Notes: generated from the letters alone by a model not told the origin. 64,000 nucleotides of DNA from Eledone cirrhosa (GCA_964016885.1 OZ024765.1:806001-870000); one strand, 5' to 3'; positions 33,464-48,110 are shown, counted from the first letter of the stretch. Program-made: numbers and translations.

Positions 33464-33603
33464 CATATGATTGTATGTATGTATGTATATATATATATAT
33501 ATATATATTTATATGCATGTAGAGAGTGAGAATGAGAACAGTCTTGACAGAAAAATATTTATATATATATTTATGTATGTATATACGTATATATATATGT
33601 ATG

Positions 33604-33636
<33 letters not shown>

Positions 33637-34057
33637 GTGTGTGTGTTTGTGTGTGTGTAGTTGTATGTATTCACAGTAAGACACGCCTGCAGCAAAATTT
33701 TCCATGTCTCTGCAAAGAATGAAAAATATTTAGCAAATCTCTCCTGGCCTCTGGTTACTGGTTTCCTATGGTTAAATACATTCACACTCTCACACAGACA
33801 CACACATATGCTCAGATATACACATATATACTAGCAGTTCACTCTCACATGCACATATATATACTCACATACACACACATTTACTAACGTACTCACATTC
33901 ATACACATATAGCTTCATATACATATATACATATATACTCACATACACGCATATATACTTATACTACACATATACAAACATATACACATATTTATATGTT
34001 AACAGTACACATATACGAGATTATACACATGTATGTATCTATAAATCTATATTTATT

Positions 34058-34162
<105 letters not shown>

Positions 34163-34218
34163 GTGTGTGGGTGGGTGGGTGTGTATGTGTGTGTATGTGT
34201 GTTGTATAATATAAAAAT

Positions 34219-34270
34219 GACTTCTACAGGACTAGAAATGTTTCATTCGAAGATGATCATCAGGAAAGCC
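34219..34270 (-). ncRNA. Type I hammerhead ribozyme in a short fold-back element (family of 26772)
   Basis: Minus strand: GGCTTTC-CTGATGA-TCATCTTCGAAT-GAAA-CA TTTCTAGTCC TG-TA-GAAGTC. Inverted arm AAACAGTTCTAGTCCTGTAGAAG at ~34280-34302. Stem II is weak. Confidence 0.65.
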
Positions 34271-34360
34271 CTTCGTATAAAACAGTTCTAGTCCTGTAGA
34301 AGCCATTTCTATATTTAACATATATATATATATATATATAATGTAATGTATGTATGTATG

Positions 34361-34392
<32 letters not shown>

Positions 34393-34767
34393 TATGAATG
34401 TATGTATGTATGTATGTATATATATATGTATGTATATATATATGAATGTATATATGGATGTATGAGGAATGTCAACAAGAAAAATCAGGAGAAAAATACA
34501 ATTTGATGATGATATATATATATATATTAGTTTAACATTTGTATTGTAGGAAAAGTGTATTTTATGTTCAAATACATATATATAACTGTATATATATATA
34601 TATATATATATATACATACTCGTACATATATATATACATATATATATATATGTATATATATTTATATGTATGCATGATTGTATATATTAGCATATACATA
34701 TACATGTACACATATATATACATGTGTACATACATTTATGTATGAATTGACATATACATATACATGC

Positions 34768-34814
<47 letters not shown>

Positions 34815-35999
34815 GTGTGTGTGTGTGTGTGTGTTTATACATGCATATACATACATATTTATAAAAAAATTATATATATTATAATATATATATATATATA
34901 TATATATTTCCATACAACCAAGAAATCCTGGCGTTTACTTGTAGCAGTTTAGCTAAATTCAAAATGTCTGCGGTGAAAATCTGTCTCTGTTATTTAACCT
35001 AAATCAAAGACGTACATTCCCCGAGGTCAGAATACAGTCTCTTGAATACAAAACAAGAACGATAACTCGTACAATAAAACTATACAACAAATTACTGTAA
35101 AGAATACGAGGAGTCAAAGACAGAACAGAACTAAAACCTCTTCTTCTTCTTCTCGCTTTATCAAAAACTACTGAAATCACGCAATAGTATCTACAACAAC
35201 AACTACAACAACAATAACAGCAATTGCAGTAGCAACAACAACTTTATCAACAACAACAACCACAACTACTGCAGTAACTACGACCACAATGCTTACTACA
35301 ACTTCTGCAAAAATAATAATTGTTTCTACTTTTGGCACAAGGTCAGCAATTACCCCAGTACGTAGATTCAGTGTGTGTGTGTGTGTGTGTGTTTGTGTAC
35401 AACCTCCGCCATCCCATTGACCGCCGTCATTCCCCCACCACCCCCTCTCCGCCATCTACATCACCATCAACCCACCACCTTCTTACTCTACCATCTCCTA
35501 CCATATCGATCACCCACATCAGTTTCCATCTCCCCTTCACCCGCGCACCCCACACCACCAACAACAACCAACCCCCTCCACCATCAATCCACTAACCCGA
35601 TCCCCACCAAACCACCCCCGCCGCCACATATTAACCCGGCCCTTCCGTTTGTAGTTGTCTTGTATCTTCTTCAAAGAAAACCTCAAGATATGATCCTATC
35701 GCGTCGTTTTCGGCAGAAAAATACTTTCTTCTCTTTCTTCTTCTTTCTTTCTTTCTTTCTTTGGTCTTCTTCAGAAATATTTCCTAAAAATGAAATCTAA
35801 CTGTTCAACCGATGAGAAATTCCTATCTTTTTTGGAGAACCTTAAAACCTTTTTGTTTTTTGGGGGACTTTTTGTTCCTTTCTTTGTCGTTCCAGCGGCG
35901 TTTCTTCCTTGCTAACACCGCCGCCAACTGTGACGTTACCGGCGCTGCCATTGCTTTCGTAACAATTGCTGCTACTACTACTACTACAGATACTACTGA

Positions 36000-36037
<38 letters not shown>

Positions 36038-36499
36038 TTATTATTATTACTGCAGCAAACCACTACTACTGTTACTACTACTACTACTACTACTACAGAT
36101 ACTACTGACACTACTACTACTACTACTACTACTATTATTATTATTACTGCAGCAAACCACTACTTCTGCTATTACTACTACTACTACTACTACAGATACT
36201 ACTGCCTCTTCTACTACTACTACTACAGATACTACTGCCACTACTACTACTACTACTACTACTATAGATACCGCCACAACTACTGCCACCTAACCGCCAC
36301 AATCACCACCACAACTACTGCTACAACAATATCAACAACAATAACAACACTACCACCACCACAACACCACCACAACACCCACTAACTACCACTACCACCA
36401 CCACCAATACCACCAACTAAACACATCTAAACACATTAAGTATGCTGTGACTTTCAGTTAATTCTTTAAAGAAAGAGACAAACATTTTCAGTGATTTTA

Positions 36500-37100
36500 T
36501 TTGTTGGATTTTTGGTAAAATTTTGGTAAATTTTTAAGATAAAATTTTGACAGTTTTTTGCTGTATTCGGTAGATTTTTTTCTAAATTTTGGTAGTTTTT
36601 TTGCTAAATTTTGATAAATATTTTGTTACAATTTAATAGTTTTTTTCTAAATTTTGGTACTATTTTTGCTAAATTTTGATAGTTTATTTGCTAGATTTTG
36701 TTACAATTTGATATTTTTTTTCCTAAATTTTGGTAGTATTTTTCCTAAATTTTGGTAGATGTTTTTGCTAAATTTTGATAATTTTTTGCTAAATTTTCAT
36801 AAATATTTTGGTACAATTTGATAGTTTATTTGCTAAATTTTGATAGTCTTTTTGGCTAAATTTTGGTAGATTTTTTGTTAAATTTTAATAATTTTTTTGA
36901 TAAATTTTGGTAGTTTTTTGTTAAATTTCGATAGTTTTTTACTAAATTTCGATGATATTTTTGCTCAATTTTGATAAATGTTTTTACTAAATTTTGATCA
37001 TTTTTTTACTAATTTTTTTGCATTTTTTTTGTAACTTTTGGCAATTATTTGGCAGTTTTTTAGTAAAATTTTTGATACTTTTTAGTAAAATTTTCGTACA
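36500..37100. repeat. Degenerate ~20-bp T-rich minisatellite (TTTTTGCTAAATTTTGGTAG)
   Basis: CTAAATTTTG recurs at about 20-bp spacing. Confidence 0.85.
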
Positions 37101-37639
37101 TTTGGTGTTGTTATTTAATAATTTTTTTGTATATTTTTCTATATTTCTTATGAATTTTTAGGAATTTTTTTTTAAATACTTTTTTTTAATATTGTTTTAT
37201 ATTTTGTGTGTGTATGTGTATGTTTTGCATTATATCTATGAGTTATTGAGTGTAGTTTGAGGGATATAATGTGTAGTTTAGTAATCATTGTGTGTGTTTA
37301 TGTGTGTATATGTGTTGAGGGTTTGTTGATGTGTGTGTGGTGAATGATGTATGTATGTCTGTGTGTATCTTTTTGTATATGTGTGAGTATACTTGACTGT
37401 GTACCAGTGTGTTACTGACTGTGAGTATTTTAAGGAATGCACTGTGTGTTCTAAGGAATTTGGATGTGTGGGGGAAGGTCGTGTAAGGGTTGGGAGGGGC
37501 TTGTCTTTGGATATTTCGCTCTAGGTGGTTTATCCTGTAAAATGTGTAACTCAAACGAATACATTTTACTCAAATAAATTAAATTAAAGCCATGAACCGA
37601 AATAATGTGACCCACGAGGGGGAAAATATTCCGCAAATG

Positions 37640-38090
37640 TTTAAGTTTGCTACAAACTGTGCTACAAAATCTAACTTTAAAACCGTGTGAGAAAAGGTTT
37701 GCTAAAAAATGTTGTATCAAAAGGTTTACTACAAAACCTTGTTGTAAAAGGTTTGCTTCAAAACCTTGTTGCAGTAGATTCGTTACAAAACCTTGTTGCA
37801 AAAGGTTTACAACAAAACCTTGTTGTAAAAGGTTTGCTACAAATCCTTGTTGCAAAAGGTTTGCTCCAAAACCTTGTCGCAAAATAGTCACGAAAAATCC
37901 TTCTTGCCTAAGGTTTCCTACAAAAGCTTGTTACAAGGAATTTTCTACAAAACCGTGCTACAAAATCTCACTTTAAAACCTTGCTACAAAATGTTTTCCC
38001 AAGTAATTACAATAAAGCTTTGCTTATGATAATAGAAAACGTTGTTACAAAACCTTCCTTTAATTAATATTCACTACAAAAGGTTTGCTC
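37640..38090. repeat. 27-bp minisatellite (AAAAGGTTTGCTACAAAACCTTGTTGY)
   Basis: Seen as a 9-aa periodicity in both-strand ORFs (KPCCKRFAT / QGFVANLLQ). Confidence 0.9.
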
Positions 38091-38895
38091 GAAATATTTA
38101 TCATAAAACATGCTTTAAAATGGTTCTACTTCAATAATGTGTGACAATCGTTTGCGAAAATACGTTTCCTATAAATATTTACAGCATATAATTGTATGTG
38201 TATATAGACTTATTAAAAATATACATACAGACAGACACACATATTTATACATATATATATATATGAATATATATATATATATATTTATATTTATTTATAT
38301 ATATATTATATATATATATATTATATATATATATATATATTGATATATATATATATTTATAAAATATATATATTATTTATATATATATATTTATAATATA
38401 TATATATATATATATTTATATTATATATATATTTATAATATATATATATATATATTTATATTATATATATATATATATAATTAAAAAATATATATATATA
38501 TATATATAATTATAAAATATATATATATATATAATTATAAAATATATATATATATATATTTATAAAATATATATATATATATATTTATAAAATATATATA
38601 TATATATATATATTTATAAAATATATATATTTATAACATATATATATATATATATTTATAAAATATATATATATATTTATAAAATATATATATATATATA
38701 TATTTATAAAATATATATATATATATATATTTATAAAATATATATATATATATATATTTATAAAATATATATATATATATTTATAAAATATATATATATA
38801 TATATTTATAAAATATATATATATATATATATATTTATAAAATATATATATATATATATATTTATAATATATATATATATATATATATATTTATA

Positions 38896-38971
<76 letters not shown>

Positions 38972-39794
38972 AAATATATATATATATATTTATAAAATAT
39001 ATATATATATATTTATAAAATATGTATATATATAAATATAAATTAGCGAGAATCGTTTTCAGCTCAGGAATTAACGAAAATCAACGTCCGATATATATTT
39101 ATATTTATAATATATATATATCAACGTCCGATATATATATATATATTTATAATATATATATATATATATTTATAATATATATATATATTTATAATATATA
39201 TATATATATATATATTTATAAAATATATATATATATATATATGTTTATAAAATATATATATATATATATTTATAAAATATATATATATATATTTATAAAA
39301 TATATATATATATATATATTTATAAAATATATATATATTATATATATATATATTTATAAAATATATATATATATTATATATATTTATAAAATATATATAT
39401 ATTATATATATATATATTTATAAAATATATATATATTATATATATGTATATATTTAATAAAATATAATATATATTATATATATGTATATATTTAATAAAA
39501 TATATAATATATATATATATGCATATATTTAATATATATATATTTAATAGATATATAGATATATATTTAATATATATATATGTATATATTTAATAAAATA
39601 TATATATATTATATATATGTATATATTTAATAAAATATATAATATATATATATATATGCATATATTTAATATATATATTATATATATGTATATATTTAAT
39701 AAAATATATAATATATATATATATATATGCATATATTTAATATATATATATTTAATAGATATATAGATATATATTTAATATATATATATGTATA

Positions 39795-39831
<37 letters not shown>

Positions 39832-40018
39832 GAGAGAGGAAGACACACGATGTAATCTAAAATGAAACAAGAATAGAAAAAGCTGAAAAGGTAAAATTTA
39901 ATACAAAAATGATTGACAAGTTATGTCTGTTAAATAAATACATTCCTTATCAACCTGTTACACTGATGTGTTTATGACTGTACAACGACATCCATTTAAT
40001 TATAGATAGATATATACT

Positions 40019-40049
<31 letters not shown>

Positions 40050-40207
40050 ATATTTATTTTATATATATATATTTATTTTATATATATATTTATTTATATA
40101 TATATTTATTTTATATATTTATATATATATATATTTATATATATATTTATTTTATATCTTTATATATATATGTATATTTATATATATATTTAGTTCATAT
40201 ATTTATT

Positions 40208-40281
<74 letters not shown>

Positions 40282-40400
40282 TATATATATGTATTTTTAA
40301 GTAATTTATCGATCCAGTACGTATTAATGTATATTTACGAATTTATGTCGTTCTAGCGAGTTTTTGTATAAATATTCAGAAAGCGACATATATATACATC

Positions 40401-40500
<100 letters not shown>

Positions 40501-40511
40501 TATGTATATAC

Positions 40512-40543
<32 letters not shown>

Positions 40544-40601
40544 ATGTATATATATACTTACGATAAAATGTTGACATATAAATATATGTATATATATATA
40601 T

Positions 40602-40744
<143 letters not shown>

Positions 40745-40745
40745 C

Positions 40746-40776
<31 letters not shown>

Positions 40777-40777
40777 C

Positions 40778-40848
<71 letters not shown>

Positions 40849-41425
40849 TATACATATATATGTATATACATATGTATATACATATATATATATATTCTTT
40901 TATTTTATTTTTCTAGTTTTTGTCATTAAATTGAGGATATATATATATATTCCTTCCTTTACTACTTTCTGTTTTATATATATATATACATACATATTGT
41001 CTTATGTTTTATACTATTTTATATCAATTTATATTATTTTATATTGCATTGTATTGTTGTATAGCGTTTATATAGTTCCACTCTGTTTTATATCATTTAA
41101 TATTGTTTTATATCGATTCCAATTGTTTGATATTATTTTATTATCTCATTAATTTCGTTTGTATTCTTTATACATTATTTTATACTGTTTAATATAGGTT
41201 TATTGTGAATTATTATATCAATTTATTATTTTTCTTTTGGTTTTACATCGCTTTATCTTAATTTATATCGGTTTATTATATGTGTTTTATATTGTTTATA
41301 CAATGTAAATATGGCTTATATTGAATAGTAGTAGTAATAATAATAATAATAATAATATTAATAATAGAGGAAAGCGAACAAGGAGGGCAAGGGGAAAATA
41401 AGGAAAATAGGAGAGCAAGGAGAGC

Positions 41426-41495
<70 letters not shown>

Positions 41496-42674
41496 TATAT
41501 ATGTAGCTATATATATATGTAGCTGATTGATCATCATCGCATTCGACGAAAACCCCCCCAAATATACAATATATGAAGTGAAGTAAAGCCAAAACATAAT
41601 ACAGAAAATGCAAATGGCGGAAATATTATGTAATATGTCAGTAAAGAGATAAGCCAGAAGCTTTACAATTTTTCCCCATCTTCTAAAATATAGTGGCTTG
41701 TTGTAAACTGTATCTGTGAATAAAATGCTTTAAGCTTTTAATAGAAACGGACAACTATATAGATATAATCTAATATAATATATAATATACTGTAATGTAA
41801 TGTAATGTAGTATAATATGTTATACTATTATGTTATACTATTATATGTTCTACTATTATGTTATACTATTATATGTTATAATATAATATATAATATATTA
41901 AAGTATATTATATTATAATATATTAATTTAATTATAATATATTATATTATAATATATAATATAATATAATACAATATATTATATTATATTATAGAACAAT
42001 ATAGTATAATATATATCATAGTTTAATATGATATAAAATAATATAATATATATATATATAATATGATATAATATAATGTAATAGTATGTAATATAATACA
42101 ATATTATCTTATATAATATAATACAATATTATATCATATAATACAATATAAAACCATAATATAATTATTACATAATTAATGGAATAATTATTGCTAAAAA
42201 AATATCAAATGATAAAATATTGTTTATTCGACTGATGAGAAAGTTTGTATTGTTTATTGAGTGTTATTGTGTGCTGAATGGTGGGAGAGCAGTGGTTGAT
42301 GAGGGGTGTAGTAGCTGAGCAGGGGGACAGTGGCTGATGAGGGAGGCTGTAGCTGACGAGGGGAGAAGTGGCTGATGATGGAGCGTATTTTCATTTCGGA
42401 TTTGATGGCGTTTGTTTGTCTGTTGTTGTTGTGGGAGGCGGGGGGGGTCGATAACTGGAAATATTTTTCATGAATAATTCTAAATAATTAAATTCAATTA
42501 ACACAAAAAGAACAAACAATAGCATACGACAATAATTAAATAACAACAAGAACCACAACAACAATAATAATAATATGTCACTATTATCAATATGTTCCTT
42601 AATATGATTGATCTCATGCCTAAATCAAAAACCAATATTATTATTATTATTTATTATTATTATATTATTATTAT

Positions 42675-42723
42675 TGTTCTTTGTGTCTCAGTCATTGATG
42701 TTATTTAACTGGAAAGTTTGTTG
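42675..42723 (-). mobile_element. Extreme 3' end of the R4/Dong-like LINE, in (TAA)n
   Basis: Near-identical to 43345-43391 (3' UTR end of the LINE fragment). (ATT)n on both sides. Confidence 0.75.
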
Positions 42724-42725
42724 GA

Positions 42726-42761
<36 letters not shown>

Positions 42762-42930
42762 TGTCAGCGCTTGTGGCCAATAAAGAAATCATTATTATTA
42801 TTATTTTCTTTCATTATTGTTTCTGAGATATATGCCGAGTGTCTTCCTGACACCTAGGGCAATTAAAATCACAGTGTGCATTGGTAAGCAAGTTTATACA
42901 GCACATTGATTATATTATTATTATTATTAT

Positions 42931-43331
42931 GACTTTGCTTTTCATCCTTACGGGGTCGATAAAATAAAGTACCAGTAATGCACTGGGTAATTGCTGGCCT
43001 TGTGCCTAAAGTAGAAACAATTATTATTATTATTATTATTATTAATGATATTAACTTTGCCTTTCATCTTTACGGGGTAGATAAAATAAAGTACCAGTAA
43101 TGTGCTGGGATAATTGCCAAAACTAAAAACAATTATTATCATTATTATTATTGGATTGGCAGTATCGGTAGAGGGTCGGACGCCATGCTTTCCAGCATAG
43201 TTACGTCCCTTTACAATGTGAGTTCAAATCCCGCCGAGGTTGACTTTACCTTTCATCCTTACGGGGTCGATAAAATAAGGTACCAGTAATGCATTGGGTG
43301 TTTGCTGGCCTTGTGCCTAAAGTAGAAACAA
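42931..43331 (+). mobile_element. Cluster of tRNA-derived Meta-domain-like SINEs (two partial copies plus one near full-length at 43153-43331)
   Basis: GGCAGTATCGGTAGAG head, B-box GAGTTCAAATCCC, and body GACTTTRCCTTTCATCCTTACGGGGTCGATAAAATAA.GTACCAGT repeated three times, each ending in (ATT)n. Confidence 0.85.
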
Positions 43332-43344
43332 TTATTATTATTAT

Positions 43345-44032
43345 TGTTCTTTGAGTCTGTCATTGATGTTATTTAACTGGAAAGTTTGTTGAAATGAATA
43401 TCAAGCCGCTACCTTCAGCCTCAGATATTCAGGACGTATCGGAGGGTTCTTGCTGTTCCCAGCAAGCAGGCCTTTTGAAGTGTTCCAAAAAGCGGGGCTG
43501 GACTAATTTTCTTTAACCATCCTTGGAAACTCTTTGAGATAGTACCTAGTGCGTCTATGACAATCGGGACGACCTTGTCTTCATGGCAGTTCCAAATTCT
43601 TTTTACCACCCACTTTAAGTCCTGGTATCGGTTAATTTTCTCCCTCTCCTTTTCTTACACTCTCGTGTCAAATGGGCAGGCTACATCTACAATCAGACAC
43701 GATCTTTTTTCCTTGTCCAAACCCACCAGGTCAGGCCTATTGTGTTCCAGTTTCTTGTCCGTCTGTATCCTAAAATCCCACAGCGCCTTTACCTGATCGT
43801 TTTCTATCACCGACTCTCGCTTATGCTCATACCACTTCTCAGAATGTGGTAAATTGTTTACTTTGCATAGATGCCAGTGGATCACCCTGCCTATCACATC
43901 ATATCTCCAGCCCTTATAGTGAGTCTGGGCTAGGTATTTACACTCGGATACAATGTGAGCTACAGTCTCCTCTCTCTCTCCACAGATCCTACACAGTGGG
44001 CTACCCTCCTCCTTGTAAATATCGTGTTTCAT
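43345..44032 (-). mobile_element. 5'-truncated R4/Dong-like non-LTR retrotransposon (CCHC zinc knuckle plus restriction-like endonuclease), pseudogenised
   Basis: CRICGEREETVAHIVSEC; RYD (RHD motif); LWD; RPDLV..IVDVACPFD; in-frame stop at ~43655; EKINRYQDL; VPIVIDALG; LQKACLLGTARTLRYVL* ending at 43421. Both ends abut (TAA)n. Confidence 0.88.
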
Positions 44033-44497
44033 TATTATTAAAGTACCAGTAATGCACTGATAATTGCTGGCCTTGTGCCAAAAGTAGAAACAATTATTGT
44101 TATTATTATTATTATTTTCATATTATTATTATTGTTGTTGGTGTTGCTGTTGTCAATATTATGATTGCAGTGTTCAGTTGCTATTATTATTGTTGATTTT
44201 GTTGTCCTTGTTGTTGTCGTCGTTGCTGCTGTTGTTGTTGTCGTCGTCGTTTCTGGTGGTGGTGTTGTAGTTGATATCAACGTTAGACTCGTTATTGACA
44301 TAATTATGGATGTTATGAACTACAGTAATTCCTGCACATCCGGTAGTTTACTGACGAGAAGAAGAAAAAAATACTCAAAAATTTATTTGTTTAAAATATT
44401 TTCATGAACAAAATAATGAGAATATGTATATATATATATATATATCTGTGTGTATATATATATAATTACATTTATATACACATATATATAATTTATG

Positions 44498-44528
<31 letters not shown>

Positions 44529-44717
44529 ATATGTATGTATATATAAATATACACACAAAAATAAGTACGTACAGAGATATACATGCAAACTCACCAATAT
44601 ATCCATCCGCAAATCTACATATATGCACTTGTGTGTATGTCTGTGTCACACACACACACACACACACAGAGACACACACATACTCACACACTCACGCACT
44701 CACACACACACACACAC

Positions 44718-44764
<47 letters not shown>

Positions 44765-44854
44765 AACATACCTATATAAACGCGTATATTTGAACAAATA
44801 TATGCTACGCCTTACAGATATATAAATGTATATATTATATATATGTGTGTATAC

Positions 44855-44902
<48 letters not shown>

Positions 44903-45232
44903 CATGTAATTGGAAATTCTTCACTGTGTTATCATAATTATTTAATTTTTTTCAGGACTGTATATTGGTTTCTCATGATTATATATACACAGACACGTGT
45001 ATATGTGTGTGTGTAGATATATATGTATGTATATACATATATATATATATATATATATGTATGAATGTCTATATGTCTATAGGTACATATAGACGTTCAT
45101 ACATACGTACATATATACATACATAATGTATATATTTGTATATGTATGTATTATATGTATGCATACATTCCTATAAATATCCATATATATATATATGCGT
45201 ATATCTAATCTACATATATGTAAGTAAATACT

Positions 45233-45263
<31 letters not shown>

Positions 45264-45686
45264 GTACATACATATATGTATACAGACGTACAGTAGTATG
45301 TATATATATATACATACATGCACACATATATATATGTACGTATGGATTCACCGAACATTTATTATAATGCTCGGTGTGTTTGTAAACAAACATACTACTG
45401 TACGTCTGTATACATATATGTATGTACGTGTACATACTTGTATTGAAGTAACAGCCATACTAAGAGTGGGAAATGAAATTTCGTTTCATTTTTTCCGTTT
45501 ATATATATATATATATATATATTGTTATACTTTGGGAGGGTCATGTTGCCAATAAGAAACACACGCACCAGTTGCTTTCACTTCAATTTATTATATATTT
45601 ATAAATTTATAAATTTACAAATCTACAAACTTATAAATTTCTGGTTGGTTGGTTGGTTCCACAACCAGATAGTTGTTTATATATAT

Positions 45687-45731
45687 AGTCATAGTCCTTT
45701 CGTCACACACTCTGTGACCTCTTCAGTGACT
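45687..45731 (-). ncRNA. Minimal type I hammerhead ribozyme (element ~45521-45830)
   Basis: Minus strand: AGTCA-CTGAAGA-G-GTCAC AGAGTGT GTGAC-GAAA-G GA C-TA-TGACT. Perfect 5-bp stems I and II. Confidence 0.8.
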
Positions 45732-46016
45732 GGGGATTCCTTTCCTTCTTTCTGTGCCTTTCCTTTCTTCTGTCCTACGCCATTTTGTTTCAGATAAAGA
45801 ATCTTGCTAAACAAATTCAGAAACGAAATATATATATATATATATATATATACGACCGTTTATTTAATTCATAGATGTCGTCTCTATCATGAACTACATA
45901 TATTTAATTCAACCAGGAAAACAAACCTCTTAAACATTGTTCGCCAATTTTCCCTTTCATTTTCTTTGCATAGCAGTGTTTAGATTTGATGAGTGGAAAG
46001 AAACTATATATGAGTG

Positions 46017-46110
<94 letters not shown>

Positions 46111-46569
46111 CATATATACACACATTCACTCTGCCACTAGAATATATATCAGATCTCTATCTCTCTCTCTCTCACACGGTATATATATATGTGTGTGTTT
46201 CTATATAAATATATATGTTTCGATATAAATATATGTGTATATGTATATATATATATAAATATATATACATGTATATATATAAATATATATATATATATAC
46301 ACATACATACATATATAACATCGCTCTTATAGTCGCCATTTTTCTCCAACAGTAATACAATTCTTCTATGATAAACATTTAAATCATTAACTGAACAATC
46401 ATAATTAGAAATTCCTGTTGATCTTTACACAGAACTTGTGACCAAGGTTTGATATACAACAACGATAAATTACCCTCTCTATAAACATCGTCTGTTTTTA
46501 AACAAATATATAATAATTCCCACACTCCATATGTAATTGTATATACATTTATATGTATACTTAAATATT

Positions 46570-46647
<78 letters not shown>

Positions 46648-46651
<4 letters not shown>

Positions 46652-47030
46652 AAGGAAAAGCGAAGTAGTTTCATATGTTCAAGTCCTTTAATAATAATGC
46701 TGTGATATATATTTCAGTGACGACACTGGCCACACTGTTCTGTGTGCGAGTGTCGTGTCATCATCAGACAGCTTGTTACATAATAAGGTTATGTTTCCGA
46801 GGCAATCCAAATTGGATCGACATGGGAACGGATGAATTGCGTGTTTTGGGGTTTTTCATCCGCTCCCATGTCGATCCAATTTGGATTGCCTCGGAAACAT
46901 AACCTTATTATGTAACAAGCTGTCTGATGATGACACGACACTCGCTTTTCCTTATTCGATATTTACTCCGTCACTCCTATGTGGAAAAAGTACGTTGAGT
47001 GCTTGATGTGAATTGCATCAATGTTTACCC
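46648..47030. mobile_element. Penelope-like fold-back element with an internally deleted plus arm
   Basis: Inverted arms at 46746-46836 and 46855-46945, plus an outer pair at 46648-46663 and 46942-46957. Tail TATTTACTCC...GTTGAGTGCTT at ~46960-47004. Confidence 0.85.
46699..46772 (-). ncRNA. Type I hammerhead ribozyme with long stem II
   Basis: Minus strand: GCTGT-CTGATGA-TGACACGACACT...AGTGTCGTCACT-GAAA-T ATAT A-TC-ACAGC. Perfect stem I, AUC triplet. Confidence 0.78.
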
Positions 47031-47031
47031 T

Positions 47032-47062
<31 letters not shown>

Positions 47063-47067
<5 letters not shown>

Positions 47068-47176
47068 ATGATATTAAATGAATGGAAACCATATTTATTT
47101 TATTATATATATTTCAAGGGTACCAAAACACTTTGGTACGCAACTGTTGAGTGCTCTAAATCAGTTATAAACATTT
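47063..47176. mobile_element. Short HHR-family remnant (3' half HHR on minus, tail on plus)
   Basis: Minus strand: GC GTACCAAA GTGT TTTGGTAC C CTT-GAAA-TATATA-TA-ATAAAATA. Plus strand: CTGTTGAGTGCTCTAAATCAGTTATAA, matching the tail at 50361-50387. Confidence 0.78.
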
Positions 47177-47219
47177 ATATTTATATTTGTCGGATTTCCA
47201 ACTAGTTAAATACCCCTTC

Positions 47220-47262
<43 letters not shown>

Positions 47263-47405
47263 CTGTAAATATATATATATATATCTTTGCACACGGCACC
47301 AGACAGAATTATTTCTTCTATCATCCAGTCTCATTTGGGAATGGTTTTGTATGGCGTCAGTTTGTGATTTGAACTCGGGAATTTTATATTCTCCGAGTGA
47401 GAAGA

Positions 47406-47487
47406 GCCTTCTGAAGATGGTTCCCTTCTCAGTGGTAGTCCGCTTGGAATATCCGTTTATTCTGGAACTTGAAACCGCGGTAAAGGC
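47406..47487 (+). ncRNA. Type I hammerhead ribozyme
   Basis: GCCTT-CTGAAGA(47411)-TGGTTCC...GGAACTT-GAAAC(47471)-CGCG-GTA(47480)-AAGGC. Perfect stem I and palindromic stem III. Confidence 0.82.
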
Positions 47488-47578
47488 ACATATAGTAAGT
47501 ACAGCAAATTTTTTTTTTATTTATTTTAAAACTTTTTCTCTATTTGCTAGACCTTGATTTTATATATATATATATATG

Positions 47579-47781
47579 GGAAAATGTATGACCCCGGCGG
47601 CAGAGCTCAAGCCGTTTCGACGGCTATTTCTGGACTAAATTTAGTCCAGAAATAGCCGTCGAAATGGACTGAGCTCTGCCGTCGGGGTCATACATTTTCC
47701 TATTACCCACTCTACTACCCTAAGTATTGAGTACTCTGGTGCGTTATGGTCCATCTGGTTCCTTACCACAATTCCTTTGTT
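47579..47781 (+). mobile_element. Fold-back half-HHR element (GAGCTC family) with tail
   Basis: 122-bp spacer-less palindrome at 47579-47700 centred on ACTAAA|TTTAGT, then a tail with TATTGAGTACTCT. Confidence 0.85.
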
Positions 47782-47797
47782 ATATATATATATATAT

Positions 47798-48110
47798 TAG
47801 AAAGTGAGGTTTTTTTTACACGAGGTGTCCTACACGAGTGAAAGTATAAAGAAAAAGAGATGAAATCGAAAATGCAACTGGAGTCTTATTTTTTTTTAAA
47901 ATATATATATTTATTTGGTTCCTTTACCGGTTTCGCAGTTCTTCTGCTTTTCAAAAGGTGAGTTGAGAAAAACCACAGACCCTCCATCTCAACTCACCTT
48001 TTGAAAAGCAGAAGAACTGCGAAACCGGTAAAGGAACCAAATAAATATATATATTTTTGAAAAAAATAAGACTCCAGTTGCATTTTCGATTTCATCTCTT
48101 TTTCTTTATA
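47798..48110. mobile_element. Fold-back half-HHR element (GAAACCGGTA family)
   Basis: Arms at 47845-47968 and 47987-48110. GAAAC-CG-GTA-AAGGAACC at 48021. Second copy at 25114. Confidence 0.82.

Noticed and set aside
42228-42385. Several CTGATGA/CTGACGA words
   Set aside because: One is directly followed by GAAA with no stem II. The rest belong to a short ~19-bp purine-rich tandem repeat.
46648-46957. Interpretation of the fold-back islands as MITEs
   Set aside because: The arms are asymmetric (one carries an extra tail), centres differ among copies of a family, and HHR motifs lie within the arms. This fits PLE-type inversion better.
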